A stretch of DNA of 64,000 nucleotides from contig JAFGRC010000104.1 in the NCBI GenBank assembly GCA_016935355.1, forward strand, positions 22,874 through 86,873. The letters are read 5' to 3'. This document shows positions 28,609 through 37,880 of this stretch, piece after piece. Made by a program: the position numbers and the translations under genes. The DNA is from Bacteroidales bacterium. Lineage in GTDB: Bacteria; Bacteroidota; Bacteroidia; Bacteroidales; UBA10428. The number at the start of each line of letters is the position of its first letter. The first letter of the stretch is position 1. The notes beneath the pieces are model-generated. The model had not been told where the DNA came from and did not search any database. It saw nothing but the letters and a program-made list of their open reading frames with translations.

Positions 28609-29277
28609 TTAATTACTACTGGCGGCTCCAGATGATTCAGCAGCAAAAAAGCGCCGTACCATGATCTGTTCGACACTATTGAGATCTACGATCGAATAAC
28701 GTGCAATATTCGTAATTGCCATTTCATCAACAATGTCTACCATGTTTTTATATCTGACACCTTCGGTAGCTTTTATAAGAATTATAGGCCCCACATTATC
28801 ATCTGTCATCATCTGCCTTCTCATCGAGGTAATACTGTCCCTCGGCACTTCAAGTCTTCCCTCAAGAACAGCTTGTTGCATTTCATTTATCTGTGTATAC
28901 AGACTTTTATTGCGCTCCAGCAAGATTCTTCTGATTCCGTTCGCACTGAAATCAGTCTCATACAAGGTTGGCAATGTTTCCCGTGTAGGATCGGCGCGAC
29001 CTGTGTACCACAAGATCCTGTCATTTTCGGTCAGGATTATATGGAATGCCCTGCTCTCAGGTATCTGAGGGGCATTTGCCTCCTGACCTGCTTCCTGTCG
29101 CTCGGGATAAACGATTTCCATAACCTTTGATTTGGTAAAAGCCGATGTAAGCACAAAAAAGGTAATCAATAAACAGGCAAGGTCCACCATCGGAGTCATA
29201 TCGATGTGCGTACTCTGCTTTTTTGCCCGTTTTTTACCTTTATGCTGACTACCGCCGGTTTCTGCTATTTCAGCCAT
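28609..29277 (-). CDS. exbD: ExbD/TolR-family biopolymer transport protein
   Basis: 222-aa ORF with the IDMTPMVDLACLLITFFVL motif and helix. Confidence 0.85.
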   Translation of the reverse strand: MAEIAETGGSQHKGKKRAKKQSTHIDMTPMVDLACLLITFFVLTSAFTKSKVMEIVYPERQEAGQEANAPQIPESRAFHIILTENDRILWYTGRADPTRETLPTLYETDFSANGIRRILLERNKSLYTQINEMQQAVLEGRLEVPRDSITSMRRQMMTDDNVGPIILIKATEGVRYKNMVDIVDEMAITNIARYSIVDLNSVEQIMVRRFFAAESSGAASSN

Positions 29278-29288
29278 AATAATATTTT

Positions 29289-29933
29289 TTAAAGATTTTC
29301 TTCTAATTGTACTTCAGCCGTCTCAAGGTTTGTAATCAAATTGAACCTTCTGACATTGTTATCCTGCAAAACATTAATAACATCCTTAACCCTATCATAA
29401 TCAGCATCTTTATCTCCTCTAATAACGACTGTCAGATTCGGTTCTACAGTACGCGCGGCTCTGATCCAATGAAAAAGCTGATTGGTTGCCAATTTGGTTG
29501 AATCCATTGGTATCCCCTCGTCATAAGCTGCACGTTTCTGCATATCCTCTGCATTGATCCAGTTTTTCAGATTTTGAACGGGCAGGGAGAATGATTCCAG
29601 CATTTCAAACTGTTCAATCTCTTCCCGGGTAAATTCAATTTCATAAAAATCTCCGATCTCTCTCAAGAGATGCGCTCTCAGGTGCAGGGATGTGTCCATC
29701 CCTCCGTTATCCATATTGAAAAATACCATATTCTCTGCATTGATGGAAAGCGTCATCACTCTACCTTCAGGGGCTGGAGTTTCTGAAATCGATCCGGGCG
29801 TATCCACGGTCACCGATTCCTGTTTTCTGAACTGAGCTGTTAATAATAAAAATGTTAGCAGGAGAAAAAACACGTCCACCATAGGCGTCATATCAATCCT
29901 AGGTGCCGCTTTTCGCATTTTAATTTTAGCCAT
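29289..29933 (-). CDS. exbD: ExbD/TolR-family biopolymer transport protein (second copy)
   Basis: 214-aa ORF with the IDMTPMVDVFFLLLTFLLL motif. Confidence 0.85.
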   Translation of the reverse strand: MAKIKMRKAAPRIDMTPMVDVFFLLLTFLLLTAQFRKQESVTVDTPGSISETPAPEGRVMTLSINAENMVFFNMDNGGMDTSLHLRAHLLREIGDFYEIEFTREEIEQFEMLESFSLPVQNLKNWINAEDMQKRAAYDEGIPMDSTKLATNQLFHWIRAARTVEPNLTVVIRGDKDADYDRVKDVINVLQDNNVRRFNLITNLETAEVQLEENL

Positions 29934-30003
29934 GTTTCTCTCTTTTAATTATTTTCAAAAACCTAATTGTTTCATATGTTTTTATCTCCTCAATAAAATC
30001 ATT

Positions 30004-30810
30004 CTATTTTAATGAAGCAGAGAAGGTTTGAATGAGACTGAAACCGGCCTCATCAATTTTATAGGTCATGGAATCGATTCTTGTTGTAAAATAATTATAG
30101 AAAATCAAAGCCACAACTGAACCCAATATTCCAAAAGCAGTATTTACAAGCGCTTCCGAGATGCCTTCTGACAATGCCAGTGCGTCAGGAGCACCTGCAG
30201 TCGCCAGTGCGCCGAATGCCCGGATCATACCAAGTACGGTACCGAACAATCCGATAAGCACCGATGCGGAAACAATGGTTGCGATCACCGGAATGTTCCT
30301 TGAAAGTACCGGTAACTCAAGTGCGGTTGCTTCTTCCATATGCTTCTGAAGTGCTACTACTTTCTGATCGTTTTCCAGTGATTTATCGTTCTGAAGTTCT
30401 CTGTAGCGTCCCAGTCCTGCTTTCATAACATTGGCCAAAGAACTTCTTTGTCTGTCACAAAGTTGGCTTGCTTCCTCGATCTTGTCTTCATCCAGAAGAT
30501 TCTGCAGTTTGCGGACAAATCCTGCGATACTGCCACGGCCATTTGCCAGTGAAAGCATAATGAATCTTTCAATAACAAATGTCAACACAATCAAATTCAC
30601 TGCAATAAGAACGGGCACAACAAATCCTCCTTTATATACAATACCCAGATAGTTTCCCTGCAGAGCAGCTCCTGCCGGATTGCCACCCTCAAAATTGGCA
30701 GGATTTCCCATGACTTTTGACCAGATCAGGTAACCAGCCAATAATGCCAGTGCCATAACCGCTATCACAAAAATCGATCTTAATGCTTCTAAAAAAGTTT
30801 TCATGTTCAA
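30004..30810 (-). CDS. exbB: MotA/TolQ/ExbB proton-channel protein
   Basis: 268-aa ORF with three TM helices and the conserved LIGLFGTVLGMIRAF...ALVNTAFGI segment. Confidence 0.9.
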   Translation of the reverse strand: MNMKTFLEALRSIFVIAVMALALLAGYLIWSKVMGNPANFEGGNPAGAALQGNYLGIVYKGGFVVPVLIAVNLIVLTFVIERFIMLSLANGRGSIAGFVRKLQNLLDEDKIEEASQLCDRQRSSLANVMKAGLGRYRELQNDKSLENDQKVVALQKHMEEATALELPVLSRNIPVIATIVSASVLIGLFGTVLGMIRAFGALATAGAPDALALSEGISEALVNTAFGILGSVVALIFYNYFTTRIDSMTYKIDEAGFSLIQTFSASLK

Positions 30811-30954
30811 GTTTATTTTAAGTGTATACTAATAATTAATATAATTTTCGGTTACAAAGAAAGTAATTTTTTTAAAATAAAAAGTTTCTAAAAAAAAAAA
30901 ATTAAAATTTAGATCAATAACTACATATTTAAATTTGAACTATTTAAAACAATT

Positions 30955-32757
30955 CTATTGCCGTAAATTTCTTTCCATATTGATCAGCTTTGTCAGATCT
31001 TCAATGGTTCTGCGGATTTCCGCTGCATTTTCCGGATTCCAGTTGAGAAGTTGCTGGTACATTTCACGTGAATTCACGTAATCATCTACATGATAATAAC
31101 TTATGGCTTTGGCGCTCAGTGCATTTATCTGCCAATCCCGGTTTTGGGGATCCAGGTTCATGATCCTGTCCGCCCAGGAACGGACTGCGGAATAATTTCT
31201 CTGCTGCAGGTTGTAGTATTCCATATAGGAAAAAGCTTCGTAGAGCTGATTCTTATATTGCTCGGCATCCGGGCTGAACCTGTCGATCACGGTCTGAAAT
31301 TTGGGTGCTGCCAGACCCTTCACGGTATTCGGATCCATTAATGTATAGGTCCTGGCCAGAAACATATGAGCTTCGATATTATCAGGCTGCAACCCGACAC
31401 ATTTGCTGAACACGGAATCTGCTTCAGCTGTCATTTTCAAATTGTAATAGGACCTGCCGATCCGCATGATGTCTTCGAAGCTTTCTTCGCCATCCCTGAG
31501 TTCAGCTTTTCTTTGATACATACGGATAGCGCCCTCATACCACTTGCCGTTGTAAAAGTCGAGTGCAAGCTCGGAAACAAGGTTTACATTGGCCGAATCC
31601 AACTCATAGGCGTTCATGAACTGGGTAAATGACCTGGCCAGCAAAACAGAATCACTGTAATCAGCCATCCTGTAAAGTATCCTTCCGTAATATGCATAAT
31701 CCCTGGCAATGATGTTTTCCGGATCTTCATTTTGCAGGAAAGTTTCTATATATTTCAGACCTTTCTCCAGCTGCTGCGGTCTGACTTCATAGCACGAATA
31801 TGCAGCAACGCGATAGAGATAATTACGTGATTGATCTACCTCAAGAATATCTTCATACACCTCCAGTGCACCGGCATAATCACCGGCTTTGAAAAGTGAA
31901 TTGGCATATTGCAGTTTGGAAGGAGTGGTATATCCCGACAACATCATGAACCTTTCAAACATCTGATTTGAAAGATCGTACATACCTGCTTTGTAGTAGA
32001 GTTCACCCAGACTCCGGTAAACGGGGGCAAAAGTTGAATCGATATCCCGGGCATCTTCGAAATAAGGACGTGCAACCTGGATGTTGGGAATCCGCATGTA
32101 TATGTCGCCGATCTTTATTTTGGGAACCGGCCATTCAGGGTCGTAGTAATTTGCTCTGTTGTAATTGAACAGTGCATCTGATGCATTGTTCTGTGCAATG
32201 TACATATTTCCCAGCGTCAGATAGATGTAAGGATTTTCCGGATCAATTTCCCGTGCTTTGTTTGTATAATAGATCACCCTGGAATAATTGATGATTTTGC
32301 TGTACAACTGTGCTTCAGCCATTTTTTCCAGCAAAACCGCATGTTTGGGTGTTATTTGTCTCTTTCTTGTGGGAATGGTAACTTCGGCTTTATCGAAATA
32401 CGGCTGCGCCTGGATTGTGTCACTGGTGCGCAGCAATATAACTGCTCCCATACCAATAAGGTTCAGCGGATTACCGGGATCCCGCTTGAGTCCTTCCTGG
32501 AATAATTCTTCCGCACTGCTGGCGAATTCCTCGAGAGAATTTGCCAGTGTATCAGACAGGTAGTCCTTAAGCAACGCTTCCCCATAATAATAATATAAAT
32601 CGCCGTTTGTCGGATCTTTTTCCAGTAAACTGGCAAATACCTCCTCTGCCGCTTCATATTGCTCACTATTTACAAGTTTTTGCGCATATTCAAAATCCTG
32701 CTGACCAAATGTATGAAGTGCTAAAAGGCACAATAGAACGGTTGTTATCGCTTTCAT
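30955..32757 (-). CDS. secreted TPR repeat protein
   Basis: 600-aa ORF with a signal peptide and many TPR-like helical hairpins. It sits between the PstS-like gene and exbB, as in the conserved Bacteroidota cluster. Confidence 0.8.
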   Translation of the reverse strand: MKAITTVLLCLLALHTFGQQDFEYAQKLVNSEQYEAAEEVFASLLEKDPTNGDLYYYYGEALLKDYLSDTLANSLEEFASSAEELFQEGLKRDPGNPLNLIGMGAVILLRTSDTIQAQPYFDKAEVTIPTRKRQITPKHAVLLEKMAEAQLYSKIINYSRVIYYTNKAREIDPENPYIYLTLGNMYIAQNNASDALFNYNRANYYDPEWPVPKIKIGDIYMRIPNIQVARPYFEDARDIDSTFAPVYRSLGELYYKAGMYDLSNQMFERFMMLSGYTTPSKLQYANSLFKAGDYAGALEVYEDILEVDQSRNYLYRVAAYSCYEVRPQQLEKGLKYIETFLQNEDPENIIARDYAYYGRILYRMADYSDSVLLARSFTQFMNAYELDSANVNLVSELALDFYNGKWYEGAIRMYQRKAELRDGEESFEDIMRIGRSYYNLKMTAEADSVFSKCVGLQPDNIEAHMFLARTYTLMDPNTVKGLAAPKFQTVIDRFSPDAEQYKNQLYEAFSYMEYYNLQQRNYSAVRSWADRIMNLDPQNRDWQINALSAKAISYYHVDDYVNSREMYQQLLNWNPENAAEIRRTIEDLTKLINMERNLRQ

Positions 32758-32771
32758 TTTTATTGATTTAA

Positions 32772-33725
32772 TTAAAATTCATTACTAAGTTGCACAAGCC
32801 TGACCGGGATCGTTGCAGGCAACATTCCCATTTTCAACAGAATACGTTGTCCTGAATCACCGGCCACAAATGCAATAAATCCTCCTCCCAGCCCGGCAAA
32901 GGTTTCACGGCTGATCATGTAAACTTCCCTGATAAAAGGATACGATTCATCTGCAATGTATGCCGGATGAGGCTGATAATATTCACTGGACTCGGAAAAG
33001 AATTCAGATGTAATTCCCAGGACTTTCACACGATTTAAAAAGGAATGGGTTATGGAATCATCAACATCGCTGATCCAGTTCACACCGATAATGCCTATTG
33101 CCCCGGCATCGTTTTCGACATAATCGATTACCAATGGATTGGAGCCTGTAACATAACAATAATCAGGCAGGCTGTCGATATTAAATTTCTCCATTATGGT
33201 CCTGACATTGCCGGATCCCGATTCATCAAAAACGACTTTTATTCCGTTCAACGGGGATTCAGGATTAATCTGCTTCCACGATGTGATCCTACCCAGAAAA
33301 ATGTCTCGTATGGAATGATACCGGATCGTCCTGTCCGGATTGGACTGGTTAACCACAAATGCAATTGCATCATAAGCAATTTTTGTCGTCCTTGCTATGA
33401 TCAGGTCCTGTTTCAGATAGACAACTTCATTTTCGGTAAGCGGACGGCTCGTGATCATCAATCTTACAGAATCATTCAGAAACAGATTGAGTATACTGTC
33501 TTCCGAAGCATAAACCGGTTCAATCTCGGCATTTGTGTATATGGCTTCAAAAGCATCGATCTCCGCCTTTGCAAGCAGCTGGTATGATTCATCTACACCA
33601 ATCCTGATATGACCCCTGGTGGGTCTTTCATCCGTCCCCATTTTGGAAACAGCTGATTTGCAAGAAACAACAGCAGTCAATATTGGGATCAGCAACAAAA
33701 GCAATATTTTATTCATCCTCTTCAT
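32772..33725 (-). CDS. PstS-family (PBP-like 2) substrate-binding lipoprotein
   Basis: 317-aa ORF with lipoprotein signal (LTAVVSC) and a body matching phosphate-binding-protein-like SBPs (IRIGVDESY..., AIAFVVNQSNP, SGSGN). Confidence 0.75.
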   Translation of the reverse strand: MKRMNKILLLLLIPILTAVVSCKSAVSKMGTDERPTRGHIRIGVDESYQLLAKAEIDAFEAIYTNAEIEPVYASEDSILNLFLNDSVRLMITSRPLTENEVVYLKQDLIIARTTKIAYDAIAFVVNQSNPDRTIRYHSIRDIFLGRITSWKQINPESPLNGIKVVFDESGSGNVRTIMEKFNIDSLPDYCYVTGSNPLVIDYVENDAGAIGIIGVNWISDVDDSITHSFLNRVKVLGITSEFFSESSEYYQPHPAYIADESYPFIREVYMISRETFAGLGGGFIAFVAGDSGQRILLKMGMLPATIPVRLVQLSNEF

Positions 33726-33933
33726 ACCTGGCTTCTCTTTGTTTCTGATAATTCAATACTGCTCTGAAAATGCCGTAAAACAATAAGACAACCCCCACGA
33801 TTGTTCGCAGTTCCGGTTGTATCTGGTCCAGACTTTTGGTAAAGATCAGGTACAATCCCAACCCTACAAACAAAACAGCTACCGCGTAACCGAATATGCC
33901 CATGAACATGCTTACAACATTTCTCTTTCTCAT
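33709..33933 (-). CDS. small two-helix membrane protein (hypothetical)
   Basis: 74-aa ORF with two hydrophobic helices. Its 3' end overlaps the PstS-like start by 17 nt on the same strand. Confidence 0.45.
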   Translation of the reverse strand: MRKRNVVSMFMGIFGYAVAVLFVGLGLYLIFTKSLDQIQPELRTIVGVVLLFYGIFRAVLNYQKQREARYEEDE

Positions 33934-33982
33934 TAGTATCTATAAATCAATTCAATATACCTCCCTCTTTAGGAAAGAGGAG

Positions 33983-33990
33983 CAAATTTA
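33983..33990 (-). promoter_or_regulatory. candidate -7 promoter box (TAAATTTG)
   Basis: The + strand reads CAAATTTA, 50 nt upstream of the ATG at 33933. It would drive the 74-aa/PstS-like/TPR/ExbBDD/TonB string. Confidence 0.35.
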
Positions 33991-34066
33991 TAAAAAAAAG
34001 TTACAAAAAAAATGCCAATATGGTGTATTTTATTTTTTTTTACACAAATACCTGAATTCCTTGTGA

Positions 34067-35506
34067 CTAAAAATTCAAATCCCCGGTATTCTGGATGTTA
34101 AAAATTTCGTTCCGGTCCCAGTTCATCCAGCACCTGATGGCTGCATTTCTCACCAGTTCCCAGTAAATGTCGTTGTTAAGACCGTATATCCTGTTGTATT
34201 CGTTGATTTCCTGCTCAACCTGTTCCCTGTATTCCTCTTTAAGCGAAATGGTGATTTTCCGGTTCATATAGGTAAAATCAGCAGCCGGAGTATTGATATG
34301 GCTTGTCGCAACCTGAATGAGTCCATGACCAAGTGTGGCTCCTGTACTGACCTGTATGCCGTCATTCAGACAACTGTATGGCGGATTGTCTCCCGCGTAT
34401 GTAACAACGCTCATCTCATCGATTCCGGCATTGAAATATTCTTTGGCCCTGATCCCCATCTTTACGCCAATTACAGCATACATACCCAAATGACGGTGCA
34501 ATTCTGCCGTAATGGTTTCTGCCATCCATTCCTCCCATCCGTACATTTCAATTGTCTCAGTCATATGTTTCTGAACATCGCCAAAATAAGCCACCGTGTC
34601 CATGGGAAAGACATCAAGGACCTGATTCCGGTTCACGGTTTCTCCTCCGAGGATTTTCTTATAAGCCGTTGTGATCTGATCAGTTGTAACATCTGATTTC
34701 AGGGTGTACCGTAAAAAGAACCCGGCGGTATCCTGGATGAACATACCGGGGAAATGCATCAACAACGGTATCAGTTCGTCAAAAATTACTTTTGCATACA
34801 CTGCATCAGGAACTGCCGTGCTTGAAGCCATTTTCATGGCAGGCTGACTGCCGGTTTTGTTGATCTCACCTGTTACGATTGTGGTATAACCTGCATCCCC
34901 GGTTTCACCATTTACATGATGAACAGCAATATTATGTTGCAGGATTTTGTATATTGAAGCGGTATCCAGACTGTAGTTGAAGTTCCCGACCGTCAGACCG
35001 GGGCCGCTGCTCCATAGAATCTTTTCAATCCGCTGTTCAAAAAGGCCGCTATGATCCAGGCACGAACCTGCAGTATTGAGACTGCCAAGACTCACAAAAG
35101 TGACAGGTTCAATGGTGTTGCTCAGGACAAAATCCACAATTTCGAGGGCTGAAGGAATTTCTTTCACGGGAGAGACTGCTTCACCCCATTGAAGATCTTT
35201 TGCAGGCTGGCAGTTCGCAGGTTTGACAAGTGTATCCTGACTGGCACCGACCAGTAATCCTTCGTGATGCAGATCGTTCAGCAATGCTTTTACCTTGTAA
35301 TAGCCTGTCCCGGCATCCAGAACACCGCTTGAAGTTGTTATGGCCAGTATCCTGATCTCGGGCGATGCAAGCATCAGGCACAGTGCCCGCAGATCATCAA
35401 AACCGCAATCCGTGTCAACAATGACATAGTATTTTGGTTTCCAGGGATGGGCTGAGAGTGTCAGCGCGAAAATCAACAAAGTAATAATGGACCGAAACCT
35501 TCGCAT
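34067..35506 (-). CDS. secreted fusion protein: inosine-uridine nucleoside hydrolase-like N-domain + FmdE-like C-domain
   Basis: The track ORF extends to 35593, but the signal peptide MRRFRSIITLLIFALTLSA starts at the ATG at 35506. The IUNH aspartate cluster is present (VIVDTDCGFDDLRAL). The C-terminal ~150 aa resemble FmdE (HRHLGMYAVIGVKMG ... SCLNDGIQVSTGATLGHGLIQV) but lack its Cys ligands. Confidence 0.55.
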   Translation of the reverse strand: MRRFRSIITLLIFALTLSAHPWKPKYYVIVDTDCGFDDLRALCLMLASPEIRILAITTSSGVLDAGTGYYKVKALLNDLHHEGLLVGASQDTLVKPANCQPAKDLQWGEAVSPVKEIPSALEIVDFVLSNTIEPVTFVSLGSLNTAGSCLDHSGLFEQRIEKILWSSGPGLTVGNFNYSLDTASIYKILQHNIAVHHVNGETGDAGYTTIVTGEINKTGSQPAMKMASSTAVPDAVYAKVIFDELIPLLMHFPGMFIQDTAGFFLRYTLKSDVTTDQITTAYKKILGGETVNRNQVLDVFPMDTVAYFGDVQKHMTETIEMYGWEEWMAETITAELHRHLGMYAVIGVKMGIRAKEYFNAGIDEMSVVTYAGDNPPYSCLNDGIQVSTGATLGHGLIQVATSHINTPAADFTYMNRKITISLKEEYREQVEQEINEYNRIYGLNNDIYWELVRNAAIRCWMNWDRNEIFNIQNTGDLNF

Positions 35507-35615
35507 GATAAACCGGTTTATGTTTATGTACAGTTCCCTGTAAAATGGATTCCTCACAACCATCCGATCGGTAACCACATACAGGTAATTCAACCTGTAT
35601 AATGTTGCTGCCCGG

Positions 35616-35623
35616 CAAATTTA
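35616..35623 (-). promoter_or_regulatory. candidate -7 promoter box (TAAATTTG)
   Basis: The + strand reads CAAATTTA in the divergent spacer, 23 nt upstream of the ATG at 35593 and 110 nt upstream of the ATG at 35506. Confidence 0.3.
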
Positions 35624-35678
35624 GATAAATTTACCATATTAATATAACATTGTATATTTACCCATAATTCATACGAAA

Positions 35679-36149
35679 ATGATCACATCAGATAAAAAGG
35701 TATCCCGGTACAAACGCATCATACACCAAATCGATTCGCTCATCAATCCCGATCATGATGCGCTTGCCCGCATGGCAACGATCAATGCTGTTCTGTACCA
35801 TAAAATGCAGGAGTTTTTCTGGGTTGGGTTCTATCTTTTGCATAACGATACCCTGTCCGTAGGTCCATATCAGGGACCGTTGGCCTGTCTGGTGCTGGAA
35901 AAAAACACAGGTGTTTGCTGGACCTGCATCCGGCAGAAAAAGACCATTGTGGTATCCGATGTTAATGCCTTTCCTGGTCACATCGCCTGTAATCCCGGGT
36001 CACAGTCAGAAATTGCAGTACCTATGGCAGATAAAGAGGGAAACATAGCCGGTGTACTTGACATCGACAGCAGAAAAAAATCCTGCTTCGACAATACGGA
36101 TGCAGTTTTCTTGGAAAAGATCGTATCCCGGGTTTACAACGTAGATTGA
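35679..36149 (+). CDS. msrC: free methionine-(R)-sulfoxide reductase (single GAF domain, fRMsr/YebR type)
   Basis: 156-aa ORF. WVGFYL...LSVGPYQGPLAC...GVCWTC...DVNAFPGHIACNPGSQSEIAVP matches the fRMsr signature, including the conserved Cys residues. Confidence 0.8.
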   Translation: MITSDKKVSRYKRIIHQIDSLINPDHDALARMATINAVLYHKMQEFFWVGFYLLHNDTLSVGPYQGPLACLVLEKNTGVCWTCIRQKKTIVVSDVNAFPGHIACNPGSQSEIAVPMADKEGNIAGVLDIDSRKKSCFDNTDAVFLEKIVSRVYNVD

Positions 36150-36150
36150 T

Positions 36151-36534
36151 TCAGATGCTCCTGTCCTCCCGGGAATAACTTTCCAGCAATTGTGTGAATT
36201 TATCTATAGAATATGGTTTGGTAAGAAAACAATCAAATCCGACATGTTGGCAATCCTCGGGGAAAATACCCTGATTGTGTCCGGTGATAGCCACGATCGG
36301 AATCTGATTCTTCGGATACAGGAACCTTTCCCTTATTTGTCTGGCTGCCTCCATTCCGTTCATCACGGGCATCTCAATATCCATCAGGATCAGGTCAATG
36401 TCACTGTATTGCTCCATCATGCTGATTGCCTGCACTCCGTTCTCGGCTTCAATGAGTTCATGCCCCAGATCCCTGACGATCTCAGAGATCAGCAACCTGT
36501 TTGCAAATTCATCATCAGCTATGATTATCTTCAT
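36151..36534 (-). CDS. stand-alone response-regulator receiver protein (CheY-like)
   Basis: 127-aa ORF with IIIADDE, the phospho-acceptor context DLILMDIEMPVMNG, and TGH...KP. It has no output domain. Confidence 0.85.
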   Translation of the reverse strand: MKIIIADDEFANRLLISEIVRDLGHELIEAENGVQAISMMEQYSDIDLILMDIEMPVMNGMEAARQIRERFLYPKNQIPIVAITGHNQGIFPEDCQHVGFDCFLTKPYSIDKFTQLLESYSREDRSI

Positions 36535-36610
36535 CTCCAGGTGTATTATTTTTCAGACAGATCCCAAATGCCGGTCCGGATTTTTCAGTGACCTGACCCC
36601 GTCGGCTAAA

Positions 36611-37294
36611 TTAACCCAATTTGCTTAAAGTATGGATGATTTTTAAACTGTTGATATAAACTTTGGATCCATCCAGATTTATTATTTTATCATGTTTGAA
36701 CTCTGCGAGTGTTCTGATAAAACTCTCTTTCGTCGTACCCGCCAGCTCCGCCAGTTCCTTGCGGCTTAAAGGAAATTCGAATGCAGTGTCATGGAAGATG
36801 TTCTCGGAAAAATACAGGATCACATCGGCTATCCTGCCCGGAAGTTGCTTGTGAATTTGTCCTATAAGCCGGTTGATGATAAAGATGTTCTCTTCAGAAA
36901 GAAGTCTGATCAAACCCATTGCATATTGCTTATTCCGTTGCGTTATTCTGTTGAATGTATAAAAATCGATGAAACATATTTCGCTTGTTTGGAGCGCAGA
37001 CGCGGAGTACTGGTGGAGTTCGTTCCCGTATACTGATGTCAGTCCCAGAAATTCACCTGCACAGGCCACCTTCAGAATAAAATTACGCTTGTTGTGACCC
37101 TCTTTGTACACCTTGACCAGTCCGGATTTCACATATGCAATATGAGATGTGCGCGTATCCTGGCGCAAAATAACCTCGGGCTTTTCATACGTCACGACAT
37201 TGCTGTTCATTCTCAACTCATCCAGTTCATCCTCCGTGAGGCATTCTTCCTGGTAAATGTTGCAGAGGTGATCAATATTTTGTATATCATCCAT
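36611..37294 (-). CDS. Crp/Fnr-family transcriptional regulator
   Basis: 227-aa ORF with an N-terminal cNMP-binding beta-barrel and a C-terminal HTH (SRKELAELAGTTKESFIRTLAEFK). No N-terminal Fnr-type Cys cluster is visible. Confidence 0.85.
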   Translation of the reverse strand: MDDIQNIDHLCNIYQEECLTEDELDELRMNSNVVTYEKPEVILRQDTRTSHIAYVKSGLVKVYKEGHNKRNFILKVACAGEFLGLTSVYGNELHQYSASALQTSEICFIDFYTFNRITQRNKQYAMGLIRLLSEENIFIINRLIGQIHKQLPGRIADVILYFSENIFHDTAFEFPLSRKELAELAGTTKESFIRTLAEFKHDKIINLDGSKVYINSLKIIHTLSKLG

Positions 37295-37347
37295 ATCCTG
37301 TCAGGCTCCGGAACCTTTGCTATTCTTTTAACATCCGGTTAATATCC

Positions 37348-37355
37348 CAAAGATA
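37348..37355 (-). promoter_or_regulatory. candidate -7 promoter box (TATCTTTG)
   Basis: The + strand reads CAAAGATA, 54 nt upstream of the crp-like ATG at 37294. Confidence 0.35.
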
Positions 37356-37374
37356 ACAATTTGTTCCGTTGTGG

Positions 37375-37388
37375 TATATTGCAATATA
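37375..37388. promoter_or_regulatory. perfect 14-bp palindrome TATATTGCAATATA (candidate operator)
   Basis: Self-complementary over all 14 positions. It lies in the divergent spacer between the Crp/Fnr gene and the receiver gene at 37503. Confidence 0.35.
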
Positions 37389-37502
37389 TACGTCAATTTG
37401 TCGCATGAGTTATAGGATGCTTCAATAATTTTTATTGTTTTCGTTTCCTTCAATGCGTTAAATTATTATTTTTATTGATCTTTTATTTGTGAATTACATG
37501 TT

Positions 37503-37880
37503 ATGGTAGCAAAAACAAACCAACCCCGAATTTTACTTGTTGATGATTCCACCACGAACATTGCTTTACTGGAGGCTGTACTTGAAGATAAGGGATACCA
37601 GATTATTAAAGCACAGAATGTACAGGATGCGTTTTTATCCATTAGAAGAAAAACCCCTGATCTTATTTTACTGGATCTTCTGATTCCGAAAACAAGCGGA
37701 TTTGATTTTTTTGAACAGCTTCGTAAAGATGAGAAAACCTCAAACATTCCGGTAATTGTCATTTCAGCCCTGTCTGACAAAGAAATTGAAAGCAAAGCAA
37801 TGGAACTGGGAGCTGTCGATTTCATTAATAAACCTGTTGATATTCAATATCTTGTTAAACGTGTGGAATCAGTTCTCTAG
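37503..37880 (+). CDS. stand-alone response-regulator receiver protein (CheY-like)
   Basis: 125-aa ORF with ILLVDDS, DLILLDLLIPKTSG and VISAL...KP. It has no output domain. Confidence 0.85.
   Translation: MVAKTNQPRILLVDDSTTNIALLEAVLEDKGYQIIKAQNVQDAFLSIRRKTPDLILLDLLIPKTSGFDFFEQLRKDEKTSNIPVIVISALSDKEIESKAMELGAVDFINKPVDIQYLVKRVESVL

Noticed and set aside
30890-30901. An A12 homopolymer (T12 on the coding strand) between the TPR gene and exbB, considered as a slipped-strand phase-variation switch.
   Set aside because: It lies in a very AT-rich 144-nt spacer. It is equally well explained as a terminator or UP-like T-tract. No flanking -33/-7 elements were found whose spacing it would alter, and I have no population data to show length variation.
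33045-33587. A 180-aa + strand ORF inside the PstS-like gene.
   Set aside because: It is antisense to a gene with clear family motifs, has no recognisable motifs of its own, and has an odd composition rich in Cys, Ile, Asp, Arg and Phe. Shadow ORF.
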